This document shows, piece by piece, positions 24,814-40,946 of a stretch of 64,000 bases of DNA. Position 1 is the first letter of the stretch. Each line of letters starts with the position of its first letter. The stretch covers positions 6,237,102-6,301,101 of the forward strand of contig NW_002060944.1 of the NCBI RefSeq assembly GCF_000150275.1, given 5' to 3'. The position numbers and the translations under genes were made by a program. The stretch comes from Trichoplax adhaerens. Taxonomy: Eukaryota > Animalia > Placozoa. Below the pieces are notes generated by a model, which saw only the letters and a list, made by a program, of their open reading frames with translations, was not told the DNA's origin and searched no databases.

Positions 24814-27800
24814 ATGTCGTCGCCATCGAGACAAGTTAGTAATCGAAGATTACCGCCATTGCCAATGGGTCCGAAATTAGTGCCATTATCCTATAACTCA
24901 AATTCAAGCAATGGTCGACAAACAACCAATACCGTGAGTACTGGCAATTCAACTGCAGTAACGACATCACCTACATCGGTCATCAATAATGTCACTGGCA
25001 ATGGCAGTAGTACGTTAACTACTGAATTACGTACTGCTGTGGTTGGTAAAAGTTATGAAAAATATCATAATGGTGTTGTCAATAAGAGCAGTACAAGTCC
25101 TTCATATTATCACTATCATCCAAATGATCCTGGAATTACAACAGCGACAACAACCAATAATAGCAGTAACTTGTTAACTGCGACGGGTAAGTTTGCCTCA
25201 TGTAGGATAATCATTATTGCACCAAGACATATCCCATCTGCATATCAAGTAGAAATGACGGTCATAAAGACGATCATCACTGCACACTAATGTCTGTTAT
25301 GATAGATTTGTAGTACATTACAGTTAGCAACTTTGTCAACACGATCAAATATAGCTATAACAGTTTTGTTATTCAATATGCCATGACTATACAATTTAAA
25401 AAATAACACAAAATCGTCGAATCTAACACTCCTATATAAAAAGTGGAATAGTGCAGAAAGTAGAAAAACGAAAAAAACTACTCATTGAATCTACTACGCT
25501 AATTAACTCAATCAATATACGTATTGACAAAATGTGCCAATACATGTTTTTTATTAGTCGAGCTGATTTTCAACATCAATGACTGCATTTTGGCAAACTT
25601 TGCTTACATAGGCATCTTTTGAATAAATTTTCAAGTATTCTTTTGACCGATGATAACTTCATTATCGTCAATTTGAATCTTGCTTTTCATCTTAGTCAGT
25701 CCTATGTTTAACTATGGATCAAAATGCTTTATGTTGACACTAATGTATGATTAATTGCTACTCTATGTTGAAGAAAAGTTTTATCATTGCTCGATTTTTA
25801 TTTCATTCCATTTTTATTTTTTTCTCTTCTCTTCCTCCCCCTCTCTCTCACCAACTCTGTCTCTCTTCCCTCGCCCACAATATCTTAGCCATGAGGATGA
25901 TAATAATGACTTTTACTGTATTAAATTAAGCGTATTATACAAGTAAAAAATAAATTAATAAGTAGATTTAGCAATTACTCTATTCGATCTACGAAAAAAG
26001 TTTAGTGCAAGTTATCACCAACTCAAAGGAAAGGCAATTCCAAAAAAATGACTATGATTGCAAATACCTGCATTTAATTATATTAATCATTGGCTTATTT
26101 TATATTTTTGTTGACCATTTCTTATGTACTCTCAGACGTATAGAATAATATAATATATTCTATGTTATTACATATTCTACAAAATTGATCATTTGATTCT
26201 TTTCCCAATCGATCGATCATAAAGGATGATGCCATCTATCGATTTCATGCAGACGGTTTTTTTTATTCCCGACATTCGCCGACACATCTCACGAGACTAT
26301 TGTACTTACAGTATACGTACACCACTGTAATATTAAAGCTAATAACTATGTGTGAGCGTGAAGAATGAGCACCGGCAATGTCTGCCTGGTATTGTTTCTT
26401 ATATCTTCTTGCGCTTTGTTGATTACCGACATACTCGTACTTCCTGCTACTGTGTAGTGTGTACCCAACTGAGTAGTTTATCGTTTAACTTTTGAATACT
26501 AATCACCGGTGAAAAAAAAAAAATCTCGACTTAATCAGTCAAATTGAGGTTTTATTTCTACTAGAAGAATTTATCATGTTACTGGCTATAACTCAATTGA
26601 TGACTGATAATAAGGCTGGATTCAATTGATCTTAGCACAAATAAGTTTATCATACTACAGTATATGCTAAATAAACAACAAGAGGTGGCAGACACACGGT
26701 GTAGTAAAATTTTTAGCAAGTACAGTAATATGGTCCCCATCGTCATCACCTCATGATGTGATATACTTTCTAGATTGCTGTTTTTTGATACCTTTCGAAA
26801 TCGCTATCGTCCTGTCTTTACTTCCTCGTATAAAAATCGTAAAAAACTACCGGTATTATTCCTTTTCTTGATTTTATGCTTTTGGATTATTAAACATAAT
26901 CACGTTATTATTTATCATCATCTCCCGGAGTTAGAATGAATTACTGTTTGTGCAAACTTACGATGGCTATAGCTGAATTAACAACAAAAAAAAGAATTAG
27001 ATTATTAAGTAGATCGTCATATAGTAATACAATTAATTAAGAATCGGTTTATCACTCGTTCTATCGGAGAATGCCCTTTCAACCTGACTTTCGAATGATT
27101 AAACCAACACTTTATCATAGTACTGAGTTGGTTATTCAAGCTTGTCTCAAATAACTAACGTTCGATCTGATATCATTGCAATACAGCTAATTTAATGTAG
27201 CCACATAAAAAGACAAGTTTTCAACCTAAGCTTAATCGTAATGATTTATCCGACAACACAGAATATGCCAATAAATATTGCATTTAGGCTAAATGCAGAA
27301 AATGCCTTCACATAATTTTGCAATCAATTCTATACATTTCTGAAATTTTTAACCTTTACTTGCATTGTCTTTTTCATTAGATGAAATATTTTCATTTCTT
27401 GACAATAAGTTTTGTATCTAATAACGGCATGATAATTTATACTAGTGTGATGAGGATGATCGTTAACGGAGAGATTGGGAATACATTAAGGGAGCAAATT
27501 CACGGTAATAATATCGATACACGATATCGTGATCCGTTATACTATTTCGAACTGATGATGTCCTAGTTACCATAGTTAACAGTCTAAACGAATTTACAAT
27601 TTGCATAAGCCAAGGATATCCTCTCTTAATAATGCAGTAATAATTGTTTAACAATAATGTGCCGTATTTAATAGTATTAAAGTTAAAAATCTAAAATTCA
27701 CCAAACCACGTTATATCTACAGCATAAACCTCATGTAAACTGCATCACAAAATTGCTGTGGTAGGTAGTTTTTCTATCGATGTACAGTATACAATTATTT

Positions 27801-30800
27801 AACAAATGTTGTTTTAAGTCTTTGTATCCTATTGTAATCACAATGGATCCATTGATAGGGAAAGGTAGAAGTGGATTTTTTAACCCTTGACTTTATATGA
27901 CTAACACCTTTTTCTCCATCGATTGAAATGATGGGATATTGTCCATTGATTTAGAATGATTGTCTCTTTCCATATTCCAATACCAAGGTTTTCTTTATAA
28001 AATTGATATTGTCATATATTATAGATCTTATTATTATGCCTACGATTGTCATCGTGATGATGGAAAATGTTGAAACTTTATCAATACCTTCAATTTTGCA
28101 TTCTTCCCACTCCTATGATGTAGAAATTATGTGTAGATCGTAAATGATGTCGCAATTATGTTGACGGCACAACACTATATTTAAGCACTGTACATTAGCG
28201 CAATAGTATCTTTCATTTTACCACTATCTACCTTTTCTCCGCTTCTTTTTTCACTAAATATTGCTATCGATTACCTTGATCAATCTTTTTCAAGTTTACA
28301 TGTACCAATTATAGTTGTTGATCATTGTAAAATAAGTAATCTCAATTTATTTACTTCTTTTGGTGTCAGTATTAATGTACTTATCTTCCTTATACAGTAT
28401 TACAGTACTATAGAACTCTATTCAATTTCAGTTTCATTTTTTATTTTTTTAACCCTCTTTTGTTATGCCTACCACTATACAACTTGGGTCCTTATTGATT
28501 TTATATCTATCGCGTAGATTGTCAAAATACGGTCAAAAAATCATTCACGACAGTATTCTATCTTTGATTATCTATCTATTATTATGTTTTTGTCATCATC
28601 ATCATAACTATATCTTTTCTTTTTATTTTCATCTGGTCGCTCGATCATTTCAAATTTTATCTTCTTTCTCTCCCCCCCTTCCCAAGTAATAGTAATCACA
28701 CAGTCCCTTCTCCCTTCATTATAAATAATACTAAAATTTTTCAACGGAACACGATTATAAAAAGTCCCCTTTCTTATGGAAGTAATATTGAAAATTGTGA
28801 TTTAATGTAAGAGGCGGAGTTGTTTAGAATAGTTATGATGTAAATTACTGTGTATCAGATATAAAAGCAAATTTTAAAATAGCAATGATACATTTATTCA
28901 ACGTTCTATTTATGTTTTATACCACTCGCTTGACCTGAATATCAATATTGGATATAAATTAACGTTTCTAGACAACGTATTATTGTGAGTTCAAATTGAT
29001 CAACAATTTTAACCTATATTTACTTAGTAATAGCCTATCATGATTTGATAATTAATGTCTAAAATCTTGTTCATCATCCTTGTAAATTGTAGCTGACCCT
29101 GAAAATAATGTAACGCTATGATAGCCGAGAAATTTTAATACAGATTATTGGAATAACTAGTTATTGTATTGTAACTATTCCTTAAAAAAATTATAGATTA
29201 AATTTCACACTTGTGAATCTTTTATAAAGATATTAACCTGGCGTTGCATAGTCCAATTTAAGCCCCAAGGCTGACTAATTAGAAGCATTAAATCATATAC
29301 GTAGCAAGTTGTCGTCGGTAATGATTCAACTAATCATTAAAATCTGGAAGACAAGTAATACATTAGATGAATTATAGCAGATTTGTCTCACACACTTTGT
29401 GATTTCTAACTCAACTGTAACTGAGTATACCCGGTATTACATGAACCATTACTCCGATACTTTATACAGTATTTTACACGTTTAAGTAAAGTGTGTGTAC
29501 AGTACATATCAACCTTTAATTATTAGTTTGATAGGTAATACCCCGCAAAGTTAATCTCTCTATAATTTTGTATGTGTTCGAAAACCTAGTCGTAAAATGG
29601 GTTGGGTATAGAGAGATACGCGTAGTAAAAAAGTGAGAGAACGAGCGTAAATGAAGATTGTTTTTCAATTATTTAAATAATAAACTAATTATTTATTAGG
29701 ATAAGATTTCATACTCTCCTAATCTTATACTTATTTTGTTTTTCTCCTTTATTTTATCCCTTTTCATCCTGACATATTTAATATGACAACATTGGTTTAT
29801 CGTTCGTTAACGGAATTTGCAATGCAATCAATAACTTTTACGGTTAACGACGCTGTTCATGGTCAACACATGAATAAATATTTCATTATAATTTTATCAA
29901 CATGGTGAAACCATCATTTGAATCACTGAAAATGTGGATATTCGCGTCACTTGCACTATTATTTATTATCTTGTTTCATGATAACCGTAACAGAAGTGGA
30001 TAGTGAAGGTGTTGCACAATATCTTAAAATGAATCCAGACGTATTAGATGACTTCGTGGCAACTAATATTAGTCAAGGTCAATTGGAAAAGTGGCTAATG
30101 ACTAAAACACGACGGCAACGTGCCATGAGTGATACGGAGTCAATTGCAAGTGATGGTGGTAAGTTCAAACTAAATTCTTCTATTTTAGTTAGTAATGCAA
30201 TAAGATTTTTGTTAGTAAATTAATTCGATAGAGAAAAAGTGATAGCTACTATACGCGAATAGTGAAAAACAATTTATCAATGTGCGTTTACATAATTTGC
30301 GAAATAATAGATTTTATTTTCTATGAAGGCAGGTGTAAGACATTTTTAGCAATAGATATTGTGCTTGTTTTAATGAATAATCATATAATATGATAACTAC
30401 AATTATGCCTGTTAGATAGTATTTAATCAATAATAGAATAGTAATAATTATTATAATCTACTATCTAGATTGATAAATTAATAGAATAAAATTTGCGTTA
30501 TAATGTGATACTTTTTCAACCAATTCCGTGATCATAGTAGATGGTGTATTATTATTCTTAGACAATATGCTTTGTCATTACAGCAGTCACCTCGGCTTAT
30601 AATTTATAAAAAAGTTATCATTAAATGAACTTTTATGTACGAGCATAGTTATGCTTGTATGCATTATCACAACAAATTGACTTTACTCATATCAATATAT
30701 TATTATAGGCCGAAATACTGTAATTGGATCGAAATGGAAGGTGAGAAATATGTGTTGTGCAATATAATTTCAAGTTTGAAAGTATCTCATAAAGTATCAC

Positions 30801-33800
30801 AAATAGACATCCGAGTAATTTTTTGAATGGTTTTAATTCTGAATCATAGTTCTATCATCATTTTATACCAAGTTAACACATCACTATCATATAAAACTAT
30901 AAATAGAACAAAAGTTTTCCCTATTAATTATGCAGTTGTTCACTGCAATATCATTAATACAGACACTAATAACGAATATCTTTCATATCTTGGAACAGAA
31001 AGTCGTTTGATTGATTTAATTTCTAGTGTTATTAGCATTTAATTTATTACTATTTTAATTTTTTTGTTTGAATCATAACGATTATTTAAAATTCTTTTCT
31101 AGTTCTCTAATCATTCAGATAAACGCAAGCTACTCCAAGAGTGGATGTTGGAAATCAACAATAAACCTAATCAGACTTTAATACTTAGCGAGCTGATCAA
31201 TTGTTTATCTTCAGGTAAAATTATATCATAGTTATGAGTCTTGTATATATAAATGCAGTATACTGCTACATCTTTATCTAAATATACTATATATATATCT
31301 AGATGTTATACGTTATTTTATTTGCATGAAAAGAATTTAAAATTCTATAAACCTTATTCTTTTAGCATAGTTCATTAAAGTTTTCTAGTTGTATTAAATG
31401 CCAATAAAGGGGATAAAGTTAAAACTACATTCCTTTAATAATTACTACTAACTCTTGTCTTCATATTGAAAATTGTAGTCCATGTAATGGAATGTAATCA
31501 TGAAATAATTAAAATATCACTACGTTAAAATCTCGTTCCCTAGATTTTTTTAATCCTGAAACTATTTTGATTTTTATTAATTCTTGTTTACCTAGCTGCT
31601 TTTATTTAATTGGTAATAATATACTCTCTAAATGCATTTCTTCGGATTTTATTTTTTCTGTATACAAAAATTAATGTTATCGGACTTACAATCATTGGTG
31701 TAACTCCAGTAATCCAGGTTGACGGCAAATTGCTATATGTAATCGATACCTCAACTGAAGTAAGTATAGAATAAAATATAAAAATTACGATATCAGAAAT
31801 AATTCAATATGTATGCATGTTCAGTAGCTATCAATTGTTTATACTTAAGCATAGTTAAATTTGTAGTAATAATAACTTCTTCGATAAATTCGTAAACAAT
31901 TGCTTCTACTGCCTACTTAATTTTATTTCATGAAATATTTTCTGTCACACAGAATATTTTTATTCTAACTATTGCTTTTAAAATTTGGCAATAGGAAATG
32001 TATCTATTCGCAAAGCACGATCCTAGGTCTGTTGCAATGACAGTATACATATAGCTGATATCAATGATATTATTGCGCGAATTGCGAAAACTATAATCTG
32101 CACAGTACATTCTGAATAATAAGACTAATATTCATTTTAAATAATTAGGCTAGGAACATTGCCAATTAGTACCTGATTGCTATATTCATTTTGTATTGTA
32201 TTTATTTCCACTATCCATAGCTGTATCACATCGGGACGTCAAGCTATCGGAATGGGAACAACAATACCTGCATATGTTGCAACTTGCAAAGAAAGCATCA
32301 GATTAGATGATATTTTAATTGTGGTAATGAGTTATTAATTTCAAGTGACAATAGATAAAAAGCAGCCAAAACACTTTCGTATTATCGTGAAAGTTTTTTT
32401 AAGTTTTTTTAATTTTTAATAAGAAAACTTGTAATTATTTAATATAGGACGAACGTTTCCCGGATGGTATTGGTATTGAAGGTAATGGGGTTCTTTCTTT
32501 TTAGTTACTATCATTATTTTCGGAAGAAATTGTCATAAAGCTTTAAACAAATTAGATAGAATGTGAATTGGTTCTTTATTAATTTTCCGGTAGAAAATAC
32601 AGCACAATCGATTATTTGTCAACCTGTCATAAAGTCCAATGGAGAAATTATTGGTATTAGCAATAAAAAATATCGAATATTATGATTTTTTCTGCTTTTA
32701 ATAAATTTCATTATTTAACCAGTTATGCAATATTTATGCTTCTAATTAAGGCATAGGTGTTTGTCACTTATTTAGGTATTAAAGTCATATTATATATTCT
32801 GTTTACAGCTGTAATCCTTGTTTATCGAACAGTTAATAATTCACAGTTCAATAAAGAAGATGAAGAGGTAAGAAAATAATTACTGAACTCTGATAGATTA
32901 TTAAAATTAAGAGCTCATTACTGTTTGTTCAGCGCTTAAGTAATTTTAGCATAGAAGTGACAAAATTATTAAACATCGACCAATATATTTATGTTGATTT
33001 AACTAATGATACTTATAATTTAGACGATAAGTTCTTTCCTATTATGGGCTGGAGCTGCTCTTTATTATGCGGGGGTAAATTAATATGCACGTATTTGATC
33101 AATATTATCAGGGTTTATAATTATATTACGGTCATTGAGATCATTATTTTATCCAACTACTTCTAGATGTACCACAGTATGGAAAAAGAACGCAAATTGA
33201 ATGAATTCTTATTGACAATGACAAAGTAATCACTGATTGATCACACACGTAAAAATAAAAATTTTATCACATGCGATTTTCTATGGCGCGCTCAAGTATT
33301 ATTATTTAATTAATTAAAATTGTTTGATAGTTATTCAGTATTGTGTTTTGGTTATAGTATCGTCTTAGTTAATATATTCCTGGTGATATTATGGTAAGAT
33401 AATAATTTCTCTTCCAGATCAATTTTTCAAGATATTGTTAGTATGGATACTGTTATCACAAAAATTATGGTAAGTATATAAATTAATAGTATGGTTAATA
33501 TAACTTATAATTATCGGATGAGCGAGCTAAAAAATTGTTTCTTAATCTCTTTTCTTGACTGCCCTACCTTTCTATCAAATAACTAAGATTACTCTAATAC
33601 ACTTTTAAATCTCCTTAGAATTACGCTCAGAAGCTAGTGGATGCGGATAGAGCTTCGCTATTTCTCGTTGATAATAAAAGTAACGAATTGTATGCTAGGA
33701 TTTTCGACGTAGGAAATAACGATAATGATGATAAAGTTGATAAAAATATCAAAGAGATAAGGTTAGCTAAAATTCAAAGGAAAGATATTTCTACAATTAC

Positions 33801-36800
33801 ATCAACTGAAAGTTTGGCTGAAACTGACTTATTAACTAATTTTTATTGTAATGTACGAAATATTCAAGATTTCCAATGTCAAAGGGTATCGCTGGTTATG
33901 TTGCTACATCTGGAAATGTACTCAACATCAAAGATGCTTACAAGGATTCAAGATTCAACAGGTCAGAATACAAAGCAATTTCACTTTGTTATAGTTTTTT
34001 AACTTGTCATTTACTTCGGGAACTTGGTCTTCACAGAGAAATTGATAGTCAAACTGGCTACACTACGAAAACGATTCTTTGTATGCCTATTTTCATTCGC
34101 GGAAAGTGAGTGAGCTTCAATAAGTTAATCCACCTAACATTTATATTTGTTATTTTGCTTAGTAATCATTCCTCGAAATTATTAGTTATGTGTGCATTGT
34201 TCTGTAATATGACATTCTTGTACGTACCTCTGAATGTTATATATTGGCTAGACTCTTATCACTAATTGGTAATATTTTTCACGCATATGTTAGTGTAATT
34301 GGAGTGGTGCAAATGGTAAATAAGCGATCATCAGTCTTTACGCAGCAAGGTTTTACTGGAATAACTTTAACGTTTTTTCTCTAAACCTAAATTATAAATA
34401 GTACCATGAAGCATCATACGCATCAGGACTTATTTTTTTCTTTTATTACTAATAATTCTAAACTTAGATGAGCAATCCTTTGAAACGTTTGCGGTCTATT
34501 GTGGGTTAGCATTACATCATGCTAAGGTAGCATTTCGACTTTCACGTTATTTCATCAACTAATAGAATTTACTAAAAAGTGCTTGCAAGTACTTAAAATG
34601 CTAATACAGATCGCATATTAATTACAGTTATACGACAAGATACGCCGATCAGAGCAAAAGTATAAGGTATGTAATTGCTCTTTTCGGATCATTCTCAGTT
34701 TTAATCACCATGACGTTAAGATTTTTTACACCAATTACTGTAGCGTATACTTTATCGTTAGATTAACATGACGTAAATGCTCTTGTTACCAGGTTGCTTT
34801 GGAGGTACTATCCTATCATAGTCAATGCAGTCATGACGAACTCCATTCCTTACGAAATGCTGACCCTGTATATGTCGCAAGTTTAGCACGGTGAACTATT
34901 TCATTACAGTTACTATAGTAAAAAGAAATTTGTAAACATTTTAAAACTGGTAGATTAAAAGGTTTAAGCTAATGGTATAATATTTTATATTACAGATATG
35001 ACTTTGATGTTAAAAGGATCACTGATAAAGATATTCCTGGATATGTACTATTCATGTTTCGGGATATTTTTGCTCAGTTTAGGTTATAATTTAGTGATTT
35101 TAGTGATGATATTACTTGCTTAGCTACTGCTTTCTAGCCTATTTCATTTAAAAAACATTTTAAAATTCTTTTTATACCACAGTAAAAAAAATGAATCGGA
35201 AGACAAGTAAGGATATCGGCAATCGTACTTAACAAACATTCAGTTTCTCAAGATTATTATATGTACATGTATATTTCGTATTGCGCTAGTTAACCAAAAT
35301 TTCCAATCTTCTATCTAGATATGATATCGAGGAATTAATGAAATTTACTTTAACAGTTCGTAAGAACTATCGCAAAGTACCATATCATAATTGGTATCAC
35401 GCATTTACCGTTGCCCATACTATGTACACAATAATCAAGAAAAATCCTAACCTCTTCACTGAACTAGAGGTAATCCTAATTTTTAATAATAAATATACAT
35501 AGTATTTCATAAGCACCCCTACGTAAAACGCTAACCGAAAGCCTGCATCCGTGTAAACTTTACAATAGGCAATAGGTTTATATGTTGCATGCTTATGCCA
35601 TGACTTAGATCATAGAGGCAGAAATAATGCCTTTATGGTTAATTCATCCACGCCTTTGGCGGCTGTTTATTCAACATCAACCATGGAACATCATCATTTT
35701 AATCAAACGATAACAATATTACAGGTAGTGTACTGCATGAATGATAAATTTTATCGAAGCCATACTTATTTGACTAATACGGTATAAATATATATGCAAT
35801 GAACTTACAGAACGATGGACATAATATCTTCTCTCATCTAAATTCTGAAGAATACAAGACCGTAAGGCACCTTATCATAGATACTTTCTATGTGATAGTG
35901 ATCTTGCAAATTGCGTTATACAGAATTATACCAATGCGATATTAATATTATTTACGACGTTTCTTACCAACATAATGACTACTACACTTTAAATTAATAA
36001 AGGTCCTAGGGTATATCAAGCACGCTATTTTAGCTACAGATCTAGCATTATTTTTTGGTAACAAGTCGAAACTTAAGGCAATTGTAGATGCAGGAGAATT
36101 TTCTTGGAATAATAGTATACACAGGTAATGCGACATCATAATGGATATTGTTATAGACTTTATAGGAGTTTTATTGAATTTTTATAATAAAATATAGGGC
36201 TTTGATTCGGGCGATTGCTGTTACGGCTTGTGATATATCTAGTAATGCTAAGCCATGGGATATTAATAAGGACACTGTTAAAGTTATCTTTCAAGAATTT
36301 TATGCACAAGTTAGTATAGGCAGTACATATGATATGTTACAACATACAATAGTAATACATGACAGTAATGAGACATCGTTATGTTTTCACACCTCCGCCC
36401 TGTAAACTAATGTCGACCATCAGGGTGATGAAGAGAAGAGACAAGGACGTCAACCAATTCCAATGATGGATCGTGGTTTAGCTCATGAACTCCCAGCGAA
36501 CCAGGTGCTGTATATCATCTAATATACGATTTTTACTCAATTACATAATAATTTACCTACTTGCAAGTACATAACCTAAGTAAACTTTTAATATGAACTA
36601 CAAACTATTAAATTTACTTATAGGTTGGCTTTGTTGTCGGAATTTGCCTGCCCTGCTATGAACTGCTTGTTAAAGTGTTACCTGGTACGCAACCAATGCT
36701 TGATGGAATTAGGTAAACCTTGTGCAATTAACTTTTATCTTAAATCTATCCTATAAATAGGACTAATCATTCATTTACCTATTTAATTTATAACATAGGG

Positions 36801-37191
36801 CTAATTTAAAAAAATGGTCGCTACTTGTAGCTAAGCAAAAAGCTGTTAAGGAAAAAGCGGAGGCAACAGGAAAGAAGTATCCTCAAGACTGTTACGATAC
36901 CGATAACGTATTCGATGCAATTTTAAACGAAGACGGTAATATAACCTTGACTGACGATAATACTAAAAGTTGTTTAATGTACCTAGTTTATCACAGTTTA
37001 AAGATGTTCCTACAATTTTTAACATTTAACGTTAATATTCAGCGTTGTATATGCATCAGATTTATGAGACTAAGTTAATTCTATTATATTTACTTCATCC
37101 TGTAGTTGACGATAACACAATAATGCAAAATCATGTTCAATTAAACAACGAAACTACATCTAAAACTGATGAGAACGAAGGTAGTGATTAG
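24814..37191 (+). CDS. PDE10A: PDE10-like cyclic nucleotide phosphodiesterase (GAF-A, GAF-B, class I catalytic domain), multi-exon
   Basis: Ser/Thr/Asn-rich exon 24814-25186 joins in phase to 29994 ([28 protein letters not shown], like the PDE10 N-terminal helix). GAF-B: [43 protein letters not shown]. Catalytic: [62 protein letters not shown]. Last exon 37106-37191. First and last exon assignments are less certain than the core. Confidence 0.9.
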
Positions 37192-40100
37192 TATATATGG
37201 TCTAGGAATGAATTTTCGAGGGTAAATTTAAAATAGACTTTATGTAAAGGATAATGTGCTTTCGAGTATATCATGAAATACCTTCATTTTTGATAAAATT
37301 ATTTTAATGAACTTTAATTCTATGATAAGATGTTCTATGCGTGCTAAATTTAGTGGAAATAATTTTTATTTATATAACAGTCCTACGTATGCATCTTAAG
37401 GCAACATCTCTCTCTCTATATATATATATTATTATTAGTTAATTTTATTCGACGAACGATCTGTTAATATGTTCTATACATTATCTTGTAATTTACCTTC
37501 TCTTTTTCTATCTTTAACATTTCTTAACACACTATTATTACGATCATCTATATGTGTATATAAACTTATATATAGGCTTTACGTGATCCTTTGGATTGCT
37601 AATTGTACAGTCACATGTAATGTTAACAGCTAGTACTAGCTGTGATACACATGTATCCTAACTGTTAAGCTACTTTATTATTCTAAGTATAACTGAAAGA
37701 AAATACTAGTTGCGATAAACTACTTCCTAAATGAAGTTCTTTTATGGAATAATCTATAGATGTTTTATTATAAGCGGTTGTGATCTGTCTAATCGTTAAT
37801 TTCTATTGTATTACTTAATCCTCCTAAATAGCCTATCTTAATATCGAACAACTGTAATTGAAATTACGGGCTGTTAACGTAATTTAGCTACGATCTATAC
37901 TAAAAACGTTCAACGGCATGTAAGTGTACTGTATTCCTGAATATCTACTACTTTGTAGAAATTGGGTGTTTCAAAATTATAGTAACTGCCGATAGTCCGT
38001 TGCACAGCCTGCACATAAGTTTAATAATATACATGAACTCTATTCTCATATCGAAACTAAGTTATTTATTTGTAGGTAAACCTGATTGTTTTTGAAAATT
38101 ATGATTAAAATAAAAAGTTATATGTATTCGGGCAATCTCTGTGGCATAGAATAAACCAATAAATAACTTATACTCTAATTTATTTAGCTAATGTGTTAGT
38201 TCGTACTGTAAATTTGTTTGTACACAGATCGTTGTAATAGAACACTACAAGTCTTTTTTAACAAATTATGCACGACACAAATCACTATCATGCTTTATTT
38301 ATTTACGTCTTATTCATGCTTGCACATATATTGTGTAAAAATCTGAACTTGGGCAATTATAGATTAATTTACAGTATCGTTAAATTGTAGTTGTATAATA
38401 CTTCTCGTTTTTATGCTCATATTATTTTGTGATTAAAAAATTTAATACCAACTAGCTTTTATAACACTATAAACATTTCTATTAGTTACTTAATTGATGC
38501 AATTCATTACTAGAATTACTATATATCCGAAAGTAAATTATCATGCAAGATGAAGTTTTAGGAAGATTATTTACTTGCTTGGAGATTATAAAGCTATGTT
38601 CTGTGTAGATTTAAAACAAATAATGTAGCTATTATAAGATGGTATATCATAACAAGCATGTATAATCATTTTAGCAACATTAGTAACAATCTTTAATCAT
38701 GAGACACACTATTCATGACGTTGTGAAACTAAACTTATAAGACTGCTCAAAATGAAACTGACACAAATACGAGGAAAATAAATTTGCTTTCTTAAATATT
38801 GAAGTTATTTACCGTGTAGCTGTAGAAACCGATTTTGACTGACCACAGAATACGACAAAGAGAGATATTTCGATCTTATTGAATTCTGAAAATGCTACGA
38901 TGAAAACATCAGTAACAGTTACTTTTAATTCTCATATTACTTTGAATACTGTTAATATTAGTTTATCTAATGCGGTAGCACCTATATCCACTCCACTGAC
39001 TATATTCATAAGCTGTATATACTATACCTTTTATATCGTATTATTCCATGAACTAATAAATTCCAGTAGTCCACGATTATCCCCACATGTACTGTAATTG
39101 CTTACAATAAGGATGTACAGTAGGCGATATATCATAGTTTAATAAGTATTATAGTATTGTAAATCGTTTCCTTTCGACAATAGATATTCTATCAACAATC
39201 GTCTGCTCATCACATCAATAAGAATTTCCATGCTACTGTAGTATGTTCCTTATTCATTTACTCTCTGATTCTTATTAATCTTTATCAAGTGCAGTCCATT
39301 TTACCATCAGGATAACACCTCCTTTGATTATATACAACAGTATTTATGGCTTCGATTTGTTATTCTACCAGGGAAGAGAGTATAAAGTAACACGAGATAT
39401 ATCATAAGCCATAATCCTAAATACTGTATTTACTTCAACTTGATGCTATAGTTAAAGTGGCTCAAAGGGCGTTTAAAATTCATTCTAATATCTTCATCAA
39501 TACTATAAATAGGTAGGTTAATGAATAATAATTATATGAATTACGCAGATTTTATGGTTGCTATAACAACAACGACAAAAGAGTTCTGTTATTGTCTCTT
39601 CAGTTAATCGCCAAGTTTTGCTACTGGATAAAAAAAATTTTGTTGTGCTTTACTACAGATAAAACAAATCAAGATAATAGACATTATGCGAATTTTCGTC
39701 ACTAAGGATAACATGAATATCAATGGATCCTATTGGTTTATATTATGATGTAGATGCTATAATAATAGTATCTTTATATAACTCTTCATCAGCAAAATAA
39801 TGATGTTCTTAAGTTATTCTGATGACATTCAAATTGGTCCTTTCAGCTGATCTGCCATATTGAATAGTATAGCTTAATAGCAGCAGTCTATTGAAATGAA
39901 GCATACAGTTGCGATAGCATAACCTGTGTTCGTCAAAGTATAGACGTTCACTACCTTTATATTACTATCGGACAAGTTGAATTTTGGGCGAGTGGAGAAG
40001 GATCGACCGAGGTGTAATTAAATCTAAGCTTGATTTATTCAAAATTAAATCAAAGTAAGTTAGATAAATTATATCGCTTCATTATAAGTTTCTGTCTTAT

Positions 40101-40946
40101 TAAAATCGGCATCAATAATGACAAATTATGGCTATAATTTATCTTATTTATCCATGGCTCAGTCTTGTTTCATTATGACTATTTCATACACGAGGCTACA
40201 GTTATCTTAATTCCACAATTAGTACCCATCCGTTTAGACTATAAACGACAAGAAAACATTAAGTACTGTAAAGGAAAGTCAAAATTTGTTAGATTAAAAT
40301 TTAGCTAAAACAGATCAAATTTTCTATTTTTTTTGTTTTACATTTATAAAAAGTAGGTTGATTATTAATCTATTGAAAGAGTGAGAGTATAGTGCTTGTA
40401 GTGCCATGAAACCGATTTGATGTTCTAGAATTTCTTTATAAAAATTGTCTTCCATTGATTGGTTCATGTTACATTTCGATATTGATATCCAATTCATTTG
40501 TATACTTTCCTTTATATCCTTCGTCTCTTTCCCTAACTAACTATAAAATGTATAATTTTAATGTGTAAATTCATGAAATAATTTTGACTATCTGATCTCA
40601 TCTACTTACCTACTACTTTTTTTATTATTGCTTGTAGAATCAATAATTCTGTACACACCTTCAATCTAATTGACAGAATCATAAATCAAATAATTCGTGA
40701 AATTGAGATTGGATCTTTCATAATTGGGAAGGTTAAAACCTTACCATATCGGTTGAAAAGTTGTATACTTTCTTCCTTCAAGACCATCATTAAATAATAT
40801 TACGACTATTCGCTGGTTACTTGTTATCCTACAGCGCTCATTTCAAATCATAAAAGAATAGGGTAGAATAATTATTTATTCTACAGTATAGAACACATCA
40901 ATATCAAGAAAAAAGTAATTGCATTGGCAATAAAAAGCGCTAAATT

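Noticed and set aside
25747-28689. Hydrophobic ORFs in PDE intron 1 as alternative first exons
   Set aside because: They arise from pyrimidine/T-rich low-complexity tracts and lack a phase-compatible donor.
36935-36990. Read-through TKSCLM after the penultimate PDE exon, resembling a CAAX prenylation end
   Set aside because: No splice or stop combination places the Cys four residues from the end.
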